NCBI GenBank assembly: GCA_016932045.1
Contig: JAFGDO010000032.1
Span: 127,612 to 191,611 of the forward strand
From: Candidatus Dojkabacteria bacterium
GTDB lineage: Bacteria > Patescibacteriota > Dojkabacteria > JAHIVN01
Direction: 5' to 3'
Length of the DNA stretch: 64,000 nucleotides
The translations under genes were made by a program, and so were the position numbers. Below are positions 8,893 through 18,398 of the stretch, piece by piece; within the stretch, counting starts at the first letter, position 1, and each line of letters starts with the position of its first letter. The notes under the pieces were generated by a model. The model made no database searches. It worked only from the letters and a program-made list of their open reading frames with translations, and was not told where the DNA came from.

Positions 8893-9675
8893 ATGTATAC
8901 ATCTATTAATGGCTTAAAGCTTAACTTTGAAGTTATTGGGAAGGGGGAGCCTATACTTCTTCTACATGGATGGGGGGGGAGTATAGCTAGCTTATCGCCT
9001 CTCGCTAATCGCCTAGCAAGTTGCCTAAAAGTAATTCTACTTGACCTTCCTGGTTTTGGTAAGTCGGAATCTCCACAGAAAGATTTTTGTCTTGACGATT
9101 ATGCGGAAGTTTTAGAAGAATTCCTGAAGAAGCAGGGGATAAAAGAAGTGTACATCTTTGGTCATTCTTTTGGAGGCGCGGTGGCTATTAAGCTTGCTGT
9201 GAGAAGGAATATTCAACTTAAGAAACTGATTCTTTGCAATGCTTCTGGGATTAGAAAGCCAGCAGCAATCAGCCATCAGCTATCAGCTCTACCTAAGATT
9301 GGCAAAAGGTTATCCAAGATTCCTGTAGTAAAGGGTGTGTATTTCTTTTTTCGAAAATTCTTCTACTACTACATTCTTCATAACCGGGATTATATTGACT
9401 ACCAGGAAATAGCAGGGACATTCAGGAAAGTTATTGCTGAGGATCTAACACCAATATTAAAGGAAGTTAAGGTACCAACGTTGCTTCTTTGGGGAGAAGA
9501 GGATAAAGATACGCCAGTTAGTCACGCTAAGATAATGAAATTAAAAATTGAAGACAGTCCTGAGCTTGTCGAAGGAAAAGTGAGATTGAAGATTTTCAAG
9601 GGTATTGGTCATGGTTTGCCCAAATTTAGATCGGACTTATTAGTCGATGACATTGTTGAATTCTTGAAGAGCTAA
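8893..9675 (+). CDS. Alpha/beta hydrolase
   Basis: LLHGWGG, DLPGFGKS, GHSFGG nucleophile elbow, WGEEDKDTP, GIGH. Confidence 0.93.
   Translation: MYTSINGLKLNFEVIGKGEPILLLHGWGGSIASLSPLANRLASCLKVILLDLPGFGKSESPQKDFCLDDYAEVLEEFLKKQGIKEVYIFGHSFGGAVAIKLAVRRNIQLKKLILCNASGIRKPAAISHQLSALPKIGKRLSKIPVVKGVYFFFRKFFYYYILHNRDYIDYQEIAGTFRKVIAEDLTPILKEVKVPTLLLWGEEDKDTPVSHAKIMKLKIEDSPELVEGKVRLKIFKGIGHGLPKFRSDLLVDDIVEFLKS
9558..9576 (+). repeat. REP-like palindrome located in-frame inside the hydrolase gene
   Basis: TCCTGAGCTTGTCGAAGGA, read as SPELVEG. Confidence 0.7.
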
Positions 9676-9775
9676 AAGTTTTCCTCAAGTTTTATTCTTT
9701 TTTCAATTAAATCAAAGTGCGAAAAAAATTCTTTTTGTGCTAAGATAGTAGTAATTAGTTATAAACAAAAATTCC

Positions 9776-11500
9776 ATGTTTAGAATTTTATTTTTTCTCC
9801 TCTTTGTCTTTTTCTTCTTCTTTACACACATAATTAAAAGGGCTTTTGAACATACTTATCTTTGGCAGATAAAAGAATATCGTTGGGACAGGTTTAGGGT
9901 TTTTCTAAGGGAGTCAGGTCTATCATTAGGGACCGTTATTCCTTCGGTAATAGCAGCGGTATTATCTTTTTTTGGTATTCTTCTTTGCGAATTTTTGCGT
10001 GTAAAATGGCTGTATCTGGTAATAGTAGTTGGATTTGGTTATTACGTTCATCTGACTTTAGTTACTTTTACAAGTATTTTAGACGGCAAGTTGATTCGTC
10101 CGAAAATAAGCATTCGGAATATGCTGATTGTCGGAACTGTTGCTCTTCTTTCTCTTATACCCATGATTGTTCCTATTAAATATTTTCATCTGCATTTCAA
10201 CTTACCCGAGCGTGAGGGAAAAGAGATAGAATCAGCAGAAGTCATTGAGATATTTCCGAAAGAAACAGAAGAAGGAATTTTTATCATTCCCTTAGAAACA
10301 GCTACTGCTGTTTTATATTTTAAATGTTTATTTATATTTGATCTTGCCCTTCCGGTTTCTATCGGTGCGATGGTGGCATTTACTTCAATTTTTGTTCATT
10401 TTTCAAGAAAAAGGAAAATACGGCTGGCAAAGGAAAAAATTAAGAAAATAGAAAATTTGAAAATCATAGGAATAACTGGTAGTTATGGAAAGACTACAAC
10501 GAAAGAAATTCTGCACATGATCTTGGCTTCAAAATATAAAACCTATGCAACACCTGAAAACGTTAATTCTGATGTCGGAGTTGCAATAACAATACTTGAG
10601 AATGTTGGGGTGCTTGCAGATGTCTTTATCGTTGAGATGGGTGCTTACAAAATAGGTGAGATCAAAGCTATCTGCGACATTGTACAGCCTGACGTTGCTG
10701 TCATTACAGCTATAGCTGAGCAGCACCTAGCTTTGTTTGGAACTATTGAGAATACATTGAAAGCAAAGTATGAGATAGTGGAACACTCTAAACCCGAAGC
10801 AGTTATCGTTCTTAATGGAGACAGTGACTTGGTACTTAGAGTAGCTGGCAAATCAGATAAACGTGAAGTTTTATATTCGACAAGAAAAGAGCTTGATGTT
10901 TGGGCGAGTGATATCAAGTCAAGAAGTGATAGAGTTGAGTTTAATGTTCATTATAAGGGAAAGGTGCAACGTGTAGAGATAAGAATGCTGGGAGAGCATA
11001 ACATCTCAAATGTACTGGCGGCAGTTTCGGTTGCCTTACAGTTGGATATGGAGCTTTCTGAGGTGGCGAAAGCCTTAAAAAAGGGGTCGGAAACTAAACA
11101 AATAGGGCGTTTGTCAGTGAGGAAGAGTAAATACGGTTTTCGAGTAATAGATGATAGTTACAATTCAAATCCAGCCGGATTTGCAGCAAGTCTAGATTTA
11201 TTAGATAAGCAAAAAGCAAATAAGAAGGTTTTAGTAACTATAGGTATACTTGAACTTGGCGGTATAAGGAAAAGCATATACGAGGAATTGTCCAAGAAGA
11301 TCGTAAGTACTTGTGATGCCGTAGTTACAACTGACGAAAAACTGGTCCGAGCTGTAAAGGAGCAGAGAAAAAAGATTCAAATAATATTTGATAAGGGTAT
11401 AGATAAACAGCTAGCTTTTTTGCGAAACGAAGTTGGCAAGAGTGACGTTGTATTATTTGAGGGGCCAAATTTGAGGTTGATTGAGGAGATAGTCAAGTAG
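9776..11500 (+). CDS. murF: MurF-type Mur ligase with N-terminal membrane domain
   Basis: GITGSYGKTTTK P-loop, VEMGAY, GEHNISN, DDSYNSNP, ELG; first ~200 aa contain several hydrophobic segments. Confidence 0.8.
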   Translation: MFRILFFLLFVFFFFFTHIIKRAFEHTYLWQIKEYRWDRFRVFLRESGLSLGTVIPSVIAAVLSFFGILLCEFLRVKWLYLVIVVGFGYYVHLTLVTFTSILDGKLIRPKISIRNMLIVGTVALLSLIPMIVPIKYFHLHFNLPEREGKEIESAEVIEIFPKETEEGIFIIPLETATAVLYFKCLFIFDLALPVSIGAMVAFTSIFVHFSRKRKIRLAKEKIKKIENLKIIGITGSYGKTTTKEILHMILASKYKTYATPENVNSDVGVAITILENVGVLADVFIVEMGAYKIGEIKAICDIVQPDVAVITAIAEQHLALFGTIENTLKAKYEIVEHSKPEAVIVLNGDSDLVLRVAGKSDKREVLYSTRKELDVWASDIKSRSDRVEFNVHYKGKVQRVEIRMLGEHNISNVLAAVSVALQLDMELSEVAKALKKGSETKQIGRLSVRKSKYGFRVIDDSYNSNPAGFAASLDLLDKQKANKKVLVTIGILELGGIRKSIYEELSKKIVSTCDAVVTTDEKLVRAVKEQRKKIQIIFDKGIDKQLAFLRNEVGKSDVVLFEGPNLRLIEEIVK

Positions 11501-11644
11501 CTAAACAGTTAGATAACAAAATGGTTGAATAGCTTTCTTGGTAATCGGATATTGATTATGGAATATCATTGATTGTAGATTGATAATTGTTGGTTGTTTG
11601 GAGTATAGCTCGTTTGTTAAATTAGTTATTATCCATTTGAACCT

Positions 11645-12889
11645 GTGATCTTCACCTCCCTTAGCCCAAATACGCAAAGAGATGATTTTTTATTAGCACT
11701 AAAGACGATTCTAAAGCCGGGTGAATACTTCGAAGGCGAGTATATAGGTAAAGTGAAAAAATGGTTTAAAGACTTTTTCGGGGTCTTTCATGTTTCAGTA
11801 TATGAGAGCGCTCGGAGTGGTCTGTACTTTGTATTGAAGGAGCTTGGGATAAAAGAGGGCGATGAAGTTTTGTTGCAGGCATTTACATGTGTTGCGGCGG
11901 TTAATCCTGTGAAGTGGACCGGTGCAAGGCCGGTGTTCGTTGACATAAATCCAAAAGATTTTAACATGGATATAGATGACTTGGAGAATAAGGTGAATGA
12001 AAAAACAAAAGCCATAATAGTTCAGCACACTTTCGGCTACCCTGCAAAAGTAAATGAAATAAAGGAAATTGTTGGTCGCAAGGGAATCTATATCATCGAG
12101 GATTGTGCTCACACAATCGGAACAGAATACATGGGAAAGAAATTAGGTCTATGGGGCGATGCCGGAGTTTTTAGTCTTGGGAGAGATAAAGCTGTTTCAG
12201 CAAGTTTTGGAGGAGTTGTTATCACAAATAGAAAGTTTGGCAAGAATTTAGAAGAGAAAGAGAAGTTCTTAAGTTTTCCACAAAAAAAGTGGGTAAAAAA
12301 ACAGATTTTGTATACGATAGTAGCATTTTTAACAAGGACTCTCTATGAAGTGTTATTTATCGGGAAGCTTGTACACTATATTGCAACACGGTGGAATTTG
12401 GTTGAAAAGGCAACTACTGAGGAAGAGAAAAAAGAAGGTGAAATGCCGGATAATGCGCGTTCCAAACTCCCAAATGCCTTTGCAAGACTGGCATTTAACC
12501 AGCTTAGAAAAATTGGAATTCTGAATAAGAAGAGAAGAGACCTTTCTCACTTATATGTAAAGAGACTCTCAAAGATAGGTCTTGAAGAAGTGAAACTGCC
12601 TGAGTGGAAAATCGGTGAACATTTCTATCCCTTGCGATTTCCTTTGCTTGTAAAAAGAAGAGATGAGCTGTTAAAATTTGCCCAAGAGAGGGGAATGCTG
12701 CTGGGCGACTGGTATGACGTACCAATTGCTCCAAAACAGGTTGATCAAGTGAAGACAGGATACAAACAAGGGAGTTGTGTTTACGCCGAGAAAGTTTGCG
12801 AAAGTATTTTAAATCTGCCACTTCATTCTGACTTAACAGAAGAGGATGCTCTAAAGGTGATTGCAGTTATAAGGGACTTTTATCTATAA
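11645..12889 (+). CDS. DegT/DnrJ/EryC1/StrS PLP-dependent aminotransferase family
   Basis: GDEVLLQAFTC, PVFVDI, KTKAIIVQHTFG, IIEDCAH, FSLGRDK, LNLPLH. Confidence 0.9.
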   Translation: MIFTSLSPNTQRDDFLLALKTILKPGEYFEGEYIGKVKKWFKDFFGVFHVSVYESARSGLYFVLKELGIKEGDEVLLQAFTCVAAVNPVKWTGARPVFVDINPKDFNMDIDDLENKVNEKTKAIIVQHTFGYPAKVNEIKEIVGRKGIYIIEDCAHTIGTEYMGKKLGLWGDAGVFSLGRDKAVSASFGGVVITNRKFGKNLEEKEKFLSFPQKKWVKKQILYTIVAFLTRTLYEVLFIGKLVHYIATRWNLVEKATTEEEKKEGEMPDNARSKLPNAFARLAFNQLRKIGILNKKRRDLSHLYVKRLSKIGLEEVKLPEWKIGEHFYPLRFPLLVKRRDELLKFAQERGMLLGDWYDVPIAPKQVDQVKTGYKQGSCVYAEKVCESILNLPLHSDLTEEDALKVIAVIRDFYL

Positions 12890-12911
12890 GAAGCGGTTCA
12901 TACAGTAGAGC

Positions 12912-12935
12912 ATACAGTTGTGAGTACAACTGTAT
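12912..12935. other. Perfect intergenic hairpin
   Basis: ATACAGTTGT-GAGT-ACAACTGTAT between degT and femAB; no U-tract. Confidence 0.5.
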
Positions 12936-12964
12936 ATACGATATATTTCTAATTAATAGAATTT

Positions 12965-14005
12965 ATGGAAATTAAACAAATAGAAGATAAAAGTTTATGG
13001 GAGAAATTTATCCTGAAGCAGAATTATTCGTCTCCTTTTCTCTCGTGGAACTGGGCGGAGTTTGAGAGGAGCTTAGGCAATAAGTTTGAGAATTACGGTT
13101 TGTTTGAGGGAAAAAATCTAATTGGGCTTATTCCTATAAAGTATGTTGATGCAAAAAGAGGGAAGTACTTACACCTTCGTCATGGGCCAATTTTTAATTT
13201 TAACAAGGAGGAAATTTGGGCAGAATTCTTCAAATTTATAATAAGAAAGGCGAGGGATGAAAAATTCTGGTTTGTTCGGTTAAGTCCTCTTATTCCTCAA
13301 GATCTCGAGCTTAAGTATGGTGAAGTTTTGTCGCGTCTTAAGGAAAGTCCTATGCATGACGTGGATGCTGAAATTACCTGGGTATTAAACCTTTCTCAAA
13401 GTGAAGAAGAAATTATGCAGAACATGAGGAAGAATACAAGGTATTATATCCGAAAAGCTATAAAAGATGGAGTTGAGATTCTGAAAACAAAAAATCCAAA
13501 GTATCTAGAGGAGTTCTGGAATATCTACTCCGACACAGTAAAGAGACAGAAGTGGACTGCTTATTCAAGAGATTACATAGAAAAAGAATTTAATGCATTT
13601 GTTTCAGATGATGAGATAGATCTATATCTTGCCAAATACAAGGGTGAGTTTATTGCAGCTTCATTAATTCTCTATTACCAAAACCAGGCTATTTATCATC
13701 ATAGTGGCACTATAGAGCAATACTTAAAGATCCCCGCAAGTTACCTGATTCAATGGGAGGCCATAAAAGAAGCAAAAAGGCGGAATTTAAGCTGGTACAA
13801 CTTTTGGGGCATCTCTCCTCTTGTTATGGAAGATGGGGAATACAAAGCTCAGGCAGGTCATCCTTGGACAGGACTTACTTTTTTTAAACTTGGTTTTGGA
13901 GGAGAGGTGAGGCAATTTGTTCATGCAAAAGATTTGCCCATAAATAAAAAGTACTTTGTAACAAGGTTCTTTGAGAAAATTGAGAAGTGGAGAAGAGGAT
14001 ATTAA
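12965..14005 (+). CDS. FemAB/FemX-family peptidoglycan peptidyltransferase
   Basis: FLSWNW, HGP, MRKNTRYYIRKA, SYLIQWEAIKEAK, YNFWGI, GLTFFKLGFGG. Confidence 0.92.
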   Translation: MEIKQIEDKSLWEKFILKQNYSSPFLSWNWAEFERSLGNKFENYGLFEGKNLIGLIPIKYVDAKRGKYLHLRHGPIFNFNKEEIWAEFFKFIIRKARDEKFWFVRLSPLIPQDLELKYGEVLSRLKESPMHDVDAEITWVLNLSQSEEEIMQNMRKNTRYYIRKAIKDGVEILKTKNPKYLEEFWNIYSDTVKRQKWTAYSRDYIEKEFNAFVSDDEIDLYLAKYKGEFIAASLILYYQNQAIYHHSGTIEQYLKIPASYLIQWEAIKEAKRRNLSWYNFWGISPLVMEDGEYKAQAGHPWTGLTFFKLGFGGEVRQFVHAKDLPINKKYFVTRFFEKIEKWRRGY

Positions 14006-14173
14006 ATAATATCCAATTATCAATAATCAATCTTCAATTAATAAGGAGGAATTATGAATGAAGAATTGAGGAAGGTAGAAGGTAATAAGTAGAAGAAATG
14101 TTGTAGGTGGAAATTTGATTTGTTAAATTCTCACACTTAAAACATTTTCAAATTATTGATTAAATGGAGAAGA

Positions 14174-15559
14174 ATGAATAAATTAAAAGCTTTTGCATCT
14201 AAATTGTTTCTTAAGTATTTGCAAATTCTCACAAGAAGCTATGTAAAGAGGCAGAATATTGATGTGTTCGGATTAACCGGAACAGCAGGCAAGACGACTT
14301 TGACAATTGCATTATATGAAGTGCTTTCAAAGAAGTATAAGTCCGGCATGACATATACTCAAGGCAAAGGTCTGAATAGTGAAACCGGAATTCCTTTTGC
14401 AATGCTTGGAGTAAAAGTTGATGGATACTCTATAGCTGATTGGGTGCGATACTTTTTTGAATTTACCTGGAACTTCTTCTTCAAAAAGTGTCCTTATGAA
14501 AAGTATGTTATTGAGATGGGTGTAGATAAACCGGGTGACATGGACTTCATCCTTTCGATGACGAAGGTAGATCTAGGTATATTCTTAACAATAGGAAAGG
14601 TTCATGCTGCAAATTTTGAGAAGTTGCTGGAATCCAAATTCAAAGATAAAGAGCTGGCTGAACTGAAAGAAAAGGTTGACGACGTTTTGATGGAGTTAAT
14701 ATTTGAAGAAAAAGCGAAGCTTATCAGAAAATTGGATTCTGACGGGTGGGCAGTTTTAAATTATGACGAACCGATTATTCGTAATCTAGAAAAAGTTACA
14801 AAGGCAAAGACTATTACATTCGGGTTATCAAAAGATGCTGACATTTCAGGTGTTATTACAAAGAATACACCAAGTGTTTTCGAGGCAGAAGTTTCATATA
14901 AAGGAAAAAGTGAGAAAATTGAAATTACAAAATATTTTATAAACGAGAATGTACTTAGGACGCTGCTTGCTGCAATTGCAGTTGGTATAACTTATGAAAT
15001 TCCTTTGAAAAAATGTATCAGCGCAATAGAAGGAATGAATTTTCCTCCCGGAAGGATGACAAAGATAGAGGGAATAAAAGACACAGTTATTATTGATAGC
15101 TCATATAATGCATCAACGCAAGCTGTAATAGAAGCTCTGAATAATCTTGCGTTATTTAAAAAACGAGAAAAGATTGCAATACTTGGGGATATGAGAGAGC
15201 TTGGTAGAGCAGAAAAGAGAGAGCATGAGGAGGTAGCAAGACATGCAGCGAATAGAACAGATAAACTGATTGTGATTGGACCTGCAATGAAAAAATATTT
15301 TCTACCGGAAGTGATAAAGCAAGGATTCGATGTAAGCAGTATCTGGCACTTTGATAATACTTGGAAGGCACTGCGGTTTATACAAGAAAAAGTAATAAAA
15401 GGAGGAGAAGCGATCCTTATAAAGGGCTCACAAAATACTTTGTTTCTTGAAATTATTGTTGAGGGGCTGATGAAGGATAAGGCAAAAGTAGAAGATATTT
15501 TGTGTAGGAGAGGGAGTTTTTGGGAGAAGAAGAGGAGACAATTAAAAATTAAAAATTAA
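14174..15559 (+). CDS. murF: Second MurF-type Mur ligase
   Basis: GLTGTAGKTT, IEMGVDKPGDM, PPGRM, IIDSSYNAS, LGDMRELG, LIKGSQ; ATG at 14174. Confidence 0.85.
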   Translation: MNKLKAFASKLFLKYLQILTRSYVKRQNIDVFGLTGTAGKTTLTIALYEVLSKKYKSGMTYTQGKGLNSETGIPFAMLGVKVDGYSIADWVRYFFEFTWNFFFKKCPYEKYVIEMGVDKPGDMDFILSMTKVDLGIFLTIGKVHAANFEKLLESKFKDKELAELKEKVDDVLMELIFEEKAKLIRKLDSDGWAVLNYDEPIIRNLEKVTKAKTITFGLSKDADISGVITKNTPSVFEAEVSYKGKSEKIEITKYFINENVLRTLLAAIAVGITYEIPLKKCISAIEGMNFPPGRMTKIEGIKDTVIIDSSYNASTQAVIEALNNLALFKKREKIAILGDMRELGRAEKREHEEVARHAANRTDKLIVIGPAMKKYFLPEVIKQGFDVSSIWHFDNTWKALRFIQEKVIKGGEAILIKGSQNTLFLEIIVEGLMKDKAKVEDILCRRGSFWEKKRRQLKIKN

Positions 15560-15561
15560 TT

Positions 15562-16206
15562 ATGAAACTGTTTTTTTATTCTGGAGGAACAAGAAAGTTA
15601 AATCACAATCTAAACCTTGAACTTATAAAATTACTATCTCTAAGTTCAAGAATAACATACATACCTTCTTCATCGGATATTAAGAGAAAAAATTTCGATA
15701 AATTTAGAGAATGGTTTGGGTTTTATGGTTATAAGAATTTTCTGTATTTTGATCTTGATAAAGAATTTGACAAAAGAATGATTTCGGAAGTTGAAAAATC
15801 CGAGGCAGTCTATCTTTCTGGGGGTAATACATTTCATTTTATTCATTTAATAAGAAAAAGAAAATTTAGCAGGGTTCTTAGAGATTTTGTATCTTGTGGC
15901 AAAGTACTGATAGGCTTAAGTGCTGGAAGTATGATTATGACGCCAACAATTAGAGTTTCAGTTGATTATCATAATCATCTAGGTGATTTCGATGAGCTTA
16001 ATGTTGATGAAATTAAAAGTTATAAGGGGTTGAGTTTAGTAGACTTTGAGTTTTTACCGCATTTCAATCTTAAACCAAAAAGGAACTTTGCTGAAAATTA
16101 TTTAAAGAGAAGAGGACGAGACATATACACTTGTTGTGATGGGAGTGGAATTATCGTTGAAGGTAAGAAACTAAAACTTATTGGAGAGGTAGAAAAGATC
16201 TGTTAA
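15562..16206 (+). CDS. Peptidase E / S51 (class I glutamine amidotransferase-like) family
   Basis: YLSGGNTF, GLSAGS nucleophile, GLSLVDFEFLPHF. Confidence 0.88.
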   Translation: MKLFFYSGGTRKLNHNLNLELIKLLSLSSRITYIPSSSDIKRKNFDKFREWFGFYGYKNFLYFDLDKEFDKRMISEVEKSEAVYLSGGNTFHFIHLIRKRKFSRVLRDFVSCGKVLIGLSAGSMIMTPTIRVSVDYHNHLGDFDELNVDEIKSYKGLSLVDFEFLPHFNLKPKRNFAENYLKRRGRDIYTCCDGSGIIVEGKKLKLIGEVEKIC

Positions 16207-16211
16207 TGTTT

Positions 16212-16249
16212 GCACTGAGCGACCCTGAGCACTGAGTCTGTCGAAGTGC
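16212..16249 (+). repeat. Nested/partial REP-like palindromes
   Basis: GCACTGAGC and CCCTGAGC half-sites followed by full GCACTGAGTCTGTCGAAGTGC (16229-16249). Confidence 0.7.
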
Positions 16250-16506
16250 GGGAATTATGCGTTTAAAGTGCGGGAAATAATTCATGTACTATTATCCAAC
16301 TATTCAAAGATACAAATATTCAATTAAGAATTAAAAAATTAATAATTAGGAATATAGCTTACAGCCCTAAGTTTACGGCTATTAAACCATTCAGCCATAC
16401 GACAATACATTTTAAACCTTTCATCCACTATATGTTAAAATAAGTAAGTCTATTCAATTGTAAGTACTGACCTTTTACCATATACCTTGTACTTTATACC
16501 TTTTTC

Positions 16507-17205
16507 ATGAAAATCGATATCCTTACAATTTTTCCTGAGATGTTTGAGTCGCCATTTGACCAGTCCATTGTTAAACGGGCAAAAGATGCGGGAAAAGCTG
16601 AGATACATATTTATGATCTTCGTAAGTGGACAACCGACAAGCACAAAACTGTTGACGATAAGCCCTTTGGAGGTGGTGCTGGGATGATCATGATGATTGA
16701 GCCAATTTATAAGGCTCTTGAAGAATTGGATCCTAATCATAAAGCCCATAGGATATTATTTACCGCAAAAGGTGCGAGAATTATGCAGGAAAAAGTGCGG
16801 GAATTATATAAAAAGGAGCATTTAGTACTGATTTGCGGCCATTATGAGGGTGTTGATCACCGAGTGCATGAGTACTTAGTTGATGAATGTATTTCTATTG
16901 GAGACTTTGTTTTAACTGGCGGCGAGATACCAGCAATGGCACTAACCGATGCAGTTGTTAGATTATTACCAGGGGTATTGGGGAATGTAGAGTCTTTGTC
17001 TGAGGAGTCTTTTTCAGCTGGAAGCAAGGCTGAAAGCCAGCAGCTGACAGCTGACAGCTATTTAGAATATCCCCAGTACACGCGTCCAGCAGTTTTCAAA
17101 ACAAAAGACGAGAAAGAATTGAAAGTTCCCGAAGTATTGCTTAGCGGTGATCATGAAAAGATTGCCGAGTGGCATGAAGCAAATAAACAACCCGTAGGGG
17201 ACTAA
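16507..17205 (+). CDS. trmD: tRNA (guanine37-N1)-methyltransferase
   Basis: ILTIFPEMF, VDDKPFGGGAGM, CGHYEGVDHR, SIGDFVLTGGE, LEYPQYTRP, VPEVLLSGDH. Confidence 0.98.
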   Translation: MKIDILTIFPEMFESPFDQSIVKRAKDAGKAEIHIYDLRKWTTDKHKTVDDKPFGGGAGMIMMIEPIYKALEELDPNHKAHRILFTAKGARIMQEKVRELYKKEHLVLICGHYEGVDHRVHEYLVDECISIGDFVLTGGEIPAMALTDAVVRLLPGVLGNVESLSEESFSAGSKAESQQLTADSYLEYPQYTRPAVFKTKDEKELKVPEVLLSGDHEKIAEWHEANKQPVGD

Positions 17206-17257
17206 TATATTAATCCCCTTATATGGCAGCATCCGTTTAAAATGAATTTATATTAAA

Positions 17258-17854
17258 ATGGCTAAATTTAAATCAAAACTAAACCCTGAAATAGAAGCGA
17301 AATTCTATGATATAGATAAGGATGTTATTCGAGATCATCTAAAAAAGCACAGGTATGAATGTAAATTTCCAGAGCGAAAGATGAGAAGGGTTATATTTGA
17401 TCATCGTGAAAATTCCCAAGTGAAAGCTCATTATATACGGGTAAGAGATGAAGGCGAGGCTGGGATTACGATGAGTGCGAAAATTCATGCAGGAGAAAAT
17501 GGGAGAGTCTTGGACCAAGAGGAGGAAGTTGTGAAAGTTAGTGATTTTGAGAATACCGTAAAAATTCTCAAAGCTTGTGGACTTGAGATTTCGGCTGATC
17601 AAGAAACTTTGAGGGAAACGTGGATTGAAAAAGATGATAGAGGAGAAACAGAAGTTTCAATTGATACATGGCCCATGCTCAAGCCACTTATCGAGATCGA
17701 AACTTATTCAGAAGATAAGCTAAAACAAGTAGCACGGGAGTTAGGGTTTGATTGGAAGGATAGAATCATCACATCGGTTGTCGAGATATATATGAAGGAG
17801 CATGGATGGGATAACAAGGAGGTATTTGAAAATATAAGAAATTTACGATTCTAA
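17258..17854 (+). CDS. CYTH-domain (class IV adenylate cyclase-like) protein
   Basis: EIEAKF N-terminal ExExK motif, IRVRDEG, RETW, IDTWP, IEIE. Confidence 0.87.
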   Translation: MAKFKSKLNPEIEAKFYDIDKDVIRDHLKKHRYECKFPERKMRRVIFDHRENSQVKAHYIRVRDEGEAGITMSAKIHAGENGRVLDQEEEVVKVSDFENTVKILKACGLEISADQETLRETWIEKDDRGETEVSIDTWPMLKPLIEIETYSEDKLKQVARELGFDWKDRIITSVVEIYMKEHGWDNKEVFENIRNLRF

Positions 17855-17921
17855 CAAAATGCATAATGAAAGATGAGATTTAAATAAAAGCATTTATATT
17901 TTTATCATCACGAAGAATATA

Positions 17922-18398
17922 GTGATAGTTAGAGATAGATCAAAATTGAAGACAATTATCGAATCAGCCAAAAGGTCGGGAAAGTCCGTTCTTATCAAAA
18001 AAGGAGTTTTTGATATCATCCATCCTGGACATATTTATGCTATCAATATGTTTAAAGAGGTAGCAAATGTTGTAATAATTTTAACCCAATCTGATGAATT
18101 TACTAGAAAGAAGAAAGGTAATGATCGCCCAATTAATAGCCAGAAACAAAGGGTGGAAGTTGTTGATGGTTTGAAAGGAGTAGATTATACATTTGCAGAT
18201 AAATCGAATTCTAGAGAAGAATATATAAAACTCTTGGAGTATCTAAAACCGACTATAGTTGCGGTTACTTCGGTTAATCCGGAAAAAACACGAGATTATA
18301 CCAGTCCGTTTTGGAAGCTTGTTGAATTTCCAGACAAGAAAAAACCTGGATACTCTTCTACAGAAATTATAGATAAAATAAAGTATTTTAATGGCTGA
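17922..18398 (+). CDS. HxGH nucleotidyltransferase (cytidylyltransferase-like; RfaE-II/TagD type)
   Basis: GVFDIIHPGH, SDEFTRKKKGNDRPI, GVDY, SSTEII. Confidence 0.85.
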   Translation: MIVRDRSKLKTIIESAKRSGKSVLIKKGVFDIIHPGHIYAINMFKEVANVVIILTQSDEFTRKKKGNDRPINSQKQRVEVVDGLKGVDYTFADKSNSREEYIKLLEYLKPTIVAVTSVNPEKTRDYTSPFWKLVEFPDKKKPGYSSTEIIDKIKYFNG

